Below, one piece after another: positions 60,103 to 64,000 of a stretch of 64,000 nucleotides of DNA. The stretch is from positions 544,001-608,000 of the forward strand of contig CAVOHZ010000010.1 of assembly GCA_963695855.1 (NCBI GenBank), written 5' to 3'. Below the pieces are notes generated by a model. It saw nothing but the letters and a program-made list of their open reading frames with translations. It had not been told where the DNA came from and did not search any database. Every line of letters starts with the position of its first letter. Position 1 is the first letter of the stretch. Source of the DNA: an uncultured Nitrososphaerales archaeon. GTDB taxonomy: Archaea; Thermoproteota; Nitrososphaeria; Nitrososphaerales; Nitrososphaeraceae. A program made the position numbers and the translations under genes.

Positions 60103-62409
60103 CTACCTATATTGAATTAGTCCGCTCTTTGTTCCAGGTTTCATCTCTCTTTGGTTCTTTACCTTTCTTACTGCGTCTTCAAAGTGACGCATTGTGACCT
60201 TGGCTTCCATGGTGTGTTTTGATGCTTCTTCAGGTGTAGGATATTTTGCTATGTATTCATGCAATACAAGAGATATTGCAGTATTCACAACGGCGGCAAC
60301 ATCTGCTCCACTAAAGCTGTCTGTTACCTCTGCTATGCGTACTAGGTCCAGATCGTTTCCGACAGGTTTTCCCTGTATATTGAGATCCAGTATTCTTTGT
60401 CTTGTCTTGACGTCGGGATTTGGCACATAGACTATCTTGTCAAATCTACCTGGTCTTAGTAATGCAGGGTCAATCATATCAGCACGGTTGGTGGCAGCAA
60501 GAACCACTACACCAGAAAGAGCTTGAATACCATCCATTTCTGTTAGTAATTGGGACACCATCCTTTCTGTACTGGCATGACCAGACCCTTCCATCCCTCT
60601 GATAGGAGCTATAGAATCTATTTCATCAAAAAATATCACACATGGTGAGGCCTGTCGTGCGCGTCTAAAGATTTCACGAATGCCTTTTTCAGATTCACCA
60701 ACCCATTTTGATAGCAGTTCAGGTCCTTTAACACTGATAAAATTGGCTTCAGATTCTGTTGCAACGGCCTTAGCTAGCATGGTCTTGCCTGTTCCAGATG
60801 GACCATGTAACAGTACACCTTTTGGTATGGTATGTCCTAGTTTATTGTACATATCTGGAAAACGCATTGGCCATTCTACTGCCTCTTGCAGTTCATGTTT
60901 AACTTCTTCCAGTCCACCTATATCAGGCCAATGTACATCTGGTGGTTCCAGATAGACTTCTCTCATTGCTGATGGCGTTACATCTTTTATAGCATGATTA
61001 AAATCGCTCATGGTTATGATTAATTTGTTCAATACTTCTGGTGCTAGTTTTTCATCTTCTAGATTTAGTTCTGGCAGAAGACGTCTAAGACATTTCATTG
61101 CTGCTTCTTTACATAGATATTCCAGATCAGCTCCAACAAATCCATGAGTAATTGCTGCTATCTTGTCTTGATCTACATCTGTATCAAGTGGCATGTTACG
61201 GGTATGAATCTGTAAAATCTCCAATCTCCCACGTTTATCAGGGACTTTGATCTCTATTTCTCTATCAAAACGACCCGGTCTTCGTAGTGCTTGATCTAGT
61301 GCATTTGGTCTGTTTGTTGCGGCTATTACTATAACTTTACCTCTTGCTTCAAGACCATCCATTAACGATAATAATTGTGATACAACTCTTCTTTCCACCT
61401 CGCCTGTTACTTCCTCTCTTTTTGGAGCGATTGAATCTATCTCGTCAACAAACATTATGGAGGGAGCCTTTTCTTTTGCTTCTTTGAATATTTCCCTAAG
61501 ACGGGCTTCAGACTCTCCATAAAACTTGCTCATGATTTCTGGACCAGAAATGCTTATGAAATGAGAATTACTTTCATTGGCAACTGCTTTGGCAAGCAGA
61601 GTTTTACCTGTTCCAGGTGGTCCATGTAAAAGAACACCTTTTGGAGCCTCTATTCCCAATTTCTCAAATATTTCTGGATGTCTTAATGGGAGTTCAATCA
61701 TTTCTCGTACTTTTTGTATCTCTTCTCGTAATCCACCTATATCTTCATATGTAACTTGTGGCACTCCACGTAGAGTCTCGCCTTTTTCTGCTATGTGGAA
61801 TATGGTTTTCTGCGTTACAAGTACAGCATCTGCATTGGCAGGTGTAACACCAATAACTTGAAATGTTAGACGTCCTCCAAAGTATGGAACCATGACGTTA
61901 TCTCCCTTGATAATTGGGACACTTTCCAGTGCATCTGCAAGATAACGTTCATCTATTGGAGGAATGGCTTCAAGAGGAGCCACTATTGCTTTTTCAGCTG
62001 GAACTGCTTTTATCTTTCTTACTATAACACTATCACCTATCGCAATTCCAGAATTATTTCTTACAAGACCATCAATTCTGATGATACCTTTTCCTTCATC
62101 TGAAGGATAAAGTGGTAGACATTTTGCAGTGGTTCTTCGCTTTCCTCTGATTTCTACAACATCACCAGTAGAAACAGCTAAAGAATCCATAGTGTCATAA
62201 TCAATTCGAGCAATTCCGCGACCTACATCACGTGTGTATGCCTCTAGTACTTTAAGAGAAGCGTTGTGATCAGATATTCCTGCACCTGGACCACTTGTGC
62301 TATTATTATTATTATTATTGTTATTGTTATTGTTATTACCACCTATACTGCCAGTACCGGAACCACCACTACCACTACTAACACTACTACCCGGCAAATT
62401 ATTATTCAC
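60103..62409 (-). CDS. cdc48: CDC48/VCP family AAA+ ATPase
   Basis: N domain ([10 protein letters not shown]), two AAA modules [26 protein letters not shown]. Confidence 0.96.
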   Translation of the reverse strand: MNNNLPGSSVSSGSGGSGTGSIGGNNNNNNNNNNNNSTSGPGAGISDHNASLKVLEAYTRDVGRGIARIDYDTMDSLAVSTGDVVEIRGKRRTTAKCLPLYPSDEGKGIIRIDGLVRNNSGIAIGDSVIVRKIKAVPAEKAIVAPLEAIPPIDERYLADALESVPIIKGDNVMVPYFGGRLTFQVIGVTPANADAVLVTQKTIFHIAEKGETLRGVPQVTYEDIGGLREEIQKVREMIELPLRHPEIFEKLGIEAPKGVLLHGPPGTGKTLLAKAVANESNSHFISISGPEIMSKFYGESEARLREIFKEAKEKAPSIMFVDEIDSIAPKREEVTGEVERRVVSQLLSLMDGLEARGKVIVIAATNRPNALDQALRRPGRFDREIEIKVPDKRGRLEILQIHTRNMPLDTDVDQDKIAAITHGFVGADLEYLCKEAAMKCLRRLLPELNLEDEKLAPEVLNKLIITMSDFNHAIKDVTPSAMREVYLEPPDVHWPDIGGLEEVKHELQEAVEWPMRFPDMYNKLGHTIPKGVLLHGPSGTGKTMLAKAVATESEANFISVKGPELLSKWVGESEKGIREIFRRARQASPCVIFFDEIDSIAPIRGMEGSGHASTERMVSQLLTEMDGIQALSGVVVLAATNRADMIDPALLRPGRFDKIVYVPNPDVKTRQRILDLNIQGKPVGNDLDLVRIAEVTDSFSGADVAAVVNTAISLVLHEYIAKYPTPEEASKHTMEAKVTMRHFEDAVRKVKNQREMKPGTKSGLIQYR
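62300..62337 (-). repeat. (AAT/AAC)n microsatellite encoding an Asn12 run in the Cdc48 N-tail
   Basis: TATTATTATTATTATTATTGTTATTGTTATTGTTATT on the + strand. Confidence 0.85.
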
Positions 62410-62565
62410 GTCAAGTATTTTGAAACGACTACATATACACTTTTTTCTTTTTATAGTTAATTAAAAAAACACATAGGAATTATTAACAGCTATTTTAATT
62501 GAAATCCGTATTAAAATAATAAACTGAGTGAAAATTTTATTATAGAGTAATTTACAGGATTTGTA

Positions 62566-63981
62566 TTGGAGATACTAAATTATACATTATATATTATGCT
62601 ATTAACATTTTGGTTTTCTACTATACCAGTAGCATTTTTAACCTTAATTAGATTTGTAAGAAATAGAAAAACTCTAATTGAAAAAGATCTTCGTAGGATA
62701 TACAACGATCCTATAATAATATTTCAGATCACTACAAGATCCGCTACCAAAACAAAGGTCGTAGAGAGAGGAATAAACTCTATTATTAGAGCTTCTAACG
62801 AGATCAACTACAGTAATTATAAAATTTCAGTAGTTACAGAAGATGAAAACGATAGAAAAAATGTGGGCAAATTAAAAAATTCTGAGATAATAGTTGTAAA
62901 AAGAGAATATAAAACAAATGCCATAAAGAAAGCCAGAGCACTACAATATGCAGTAGAATATAGAAAAAATACTAGTGAGAATACTAAAAATTTTTGGATA
63001 TTTCATATGGATGATGAGAGTTACGTTACAAACCAAACATTATTGTCATTATTAAAGTATATACGAGAAGGAAAAGGTGTTGCCGCTGAAGGTCCTATAG
63101 TATATCCCCTAAAATTTGAAAGTGCCAATCCCATAACTGCCCTTGCTGAATCTGTTAGACCATTTGGCTGTTATGATTGCGTTTCTCAAATGACAAATCC
63201 TCCTCCTCTTCATTTGCATGGAAGTAATTTACTCGTAAGATCAGATATAGAAGACACCATAGGATGGAATTTTGGTGAAACCCTTGCAGAAGATCAAGTC
63301 TTTGGATACAAGATTTATGAAAGATATGGGGCAAATGCTCTGGGATGGCATGGAGGTATTCTTTTAGAACAACCTCCGTTAAATATTAAAGACCACTTTA
63401 TGCAGAGAAGGAGATGGATATTGGGCACCTTACAAAATATGAATAAATTTCCGTTTTGGCATAAATTCAAAATTGAATTCAAGTTAGCTAGTTATTTTAT
63501 GGGGTTTGTATCAGGAATCGTCTCAACAATTCTATATATAATTACAGTTGTTCCCTTGTTCTTAGCTTCAATACAAATATTGGTTGACAAGATTGAATAT
63601 AATCCATTAACATGGATACAATATATTATTTCTTCTTTTTTTCCAACGGTTTTTCCAGAAATTACTAATCAGATAAATTCTATTACCGGTAACAACATTT
63701 ATAATCCCGTTGATTTAGGATCTTCGTCATTATTATTATTATTTCCTTATATTATGTGGTTGTTATCATATCAAATAGGATTAACCTTAAATTTACGGTA
63801 CAATAATTTTACCTTATTAAAGAAAATAAATTTTCACTTCTATGCATTGATTCTGTCACTGGTATTAGGATTAATTGAAACATTTCCAGCATTTGTTGCC
63901 ATATTAGAATATCAATTAAGAAAAAGAATTAAATCTATGGAAGGAATCCCAAATTATGACTTCTATGTAGTTAACAAATGA
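62566..63981 (+). CDS. Membrane glycosyltransferase family 2 (egghead/beta-glycosyltransferase-like)
   Basis: KARAL, HMDDES (DxD-like), LAED, QRRRW; N- and C-terminal TM helices. Confidence 0.88.
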   Translation: MEILNYTLYIMLLTFWFSTIPVAFLTLIRFVRNRKTLIEKDLRRIYNDPIIIFQITTRSATKTKVVERGINSIIRASNEINYSNYKISVVTEDENDRKNVGKLKNSEIIVVKREYKTNAIKKARALQYAVEYRKNTSENTKNFWIFHMDDESYVTNQTLLSLLKYIREGKGVAAEGPIVYPLKFESANPITALAESVRPFGCYDCVSQMTNPPPLHLHGSNLLVRSDIEDTIGWNFGETLAEDQVFGYKIYERYGANALGWHGGILLEQPPLNIKDHFMQRRRWILGTLQNMNKFPFWHKFKIEFKLASYFMGFVSGIVSTILYIITVVPLFLASIQILVDKIEYNPLTWIQYIISSFFPTVFPEITNQINSITGNNIYNPVDLGSSSLLLLFPYIMWLLSYQIGLTLNLRYNNFTLLKKINFHFYALILSLVLGLIETFPAFVAILEYQLRKRIKSMEGIPNYDFYVVNK

Positions 63982-64000
63982 AGAGTAAACAAACAATATC

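Noticed and set aside
599-62460. Many antisense or overlapping ORFs in the track (e.g. 599-1036, 6784-7179, 8236-8790, 55425-56090, 60194-61861)
   Set aside because: They are shadows of well-supported genes on the opposite strand or frame and have no motifs of their own
1-64000. CRISPR array, rRNA, provirus, inteins, replication origin
   Set aside because: No regularly spaced repeats, no GC-rich rRNA-like stretch, no integrase or viral genes, no intein termini, and no cdc6/ORB cluster seen

Overview
AT-rich archaeal chromosomal segment. Gene content (PCNA, TFS, Rpo11, archaeal ribosomal stalk, Cdc48, BHB-intron tRNA, Rieske/cytochrome b plus cupredoxin, anaerobic cbi genes, bacterial-type uvrBAC and metK) points to an ammonia-oxidising archaeon of the Nitrososphaeraceae, probably Nitrosocosmicus-like (inference). 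It is mostly housekeeping: about 60 CDSs, one intron-containing tRNA-Arg(TCT), and three decayed IS elements (IS5-, IS6- and IS1595-like). There is no CRISPR array or rRNA. Main points of interest: (i) three split genes (uvrB, a Zn-dehydrogenase, Rqc2/NFACT) all break at the + strand word AGAATC, and removing one A restores both the frame and a GATC site; (ii) a stand-alone MORC-like GHKL ATPase directly upstream of a proteasome beta subunit that lacks the catalytic Thr; (iii) a rhomboid protease fused to an Hsp20-like domain; (iv) micro-proteins below the ORF cut-off (45-aa 8-Cys, 57-aa Zn ribbon, 48-aa); (v) a possible pseudoknotted ncRNA near 51.6 kb; (vi) an EMC6-like membrane protein. All family calls come from motif recognition by eye; no database search was run.
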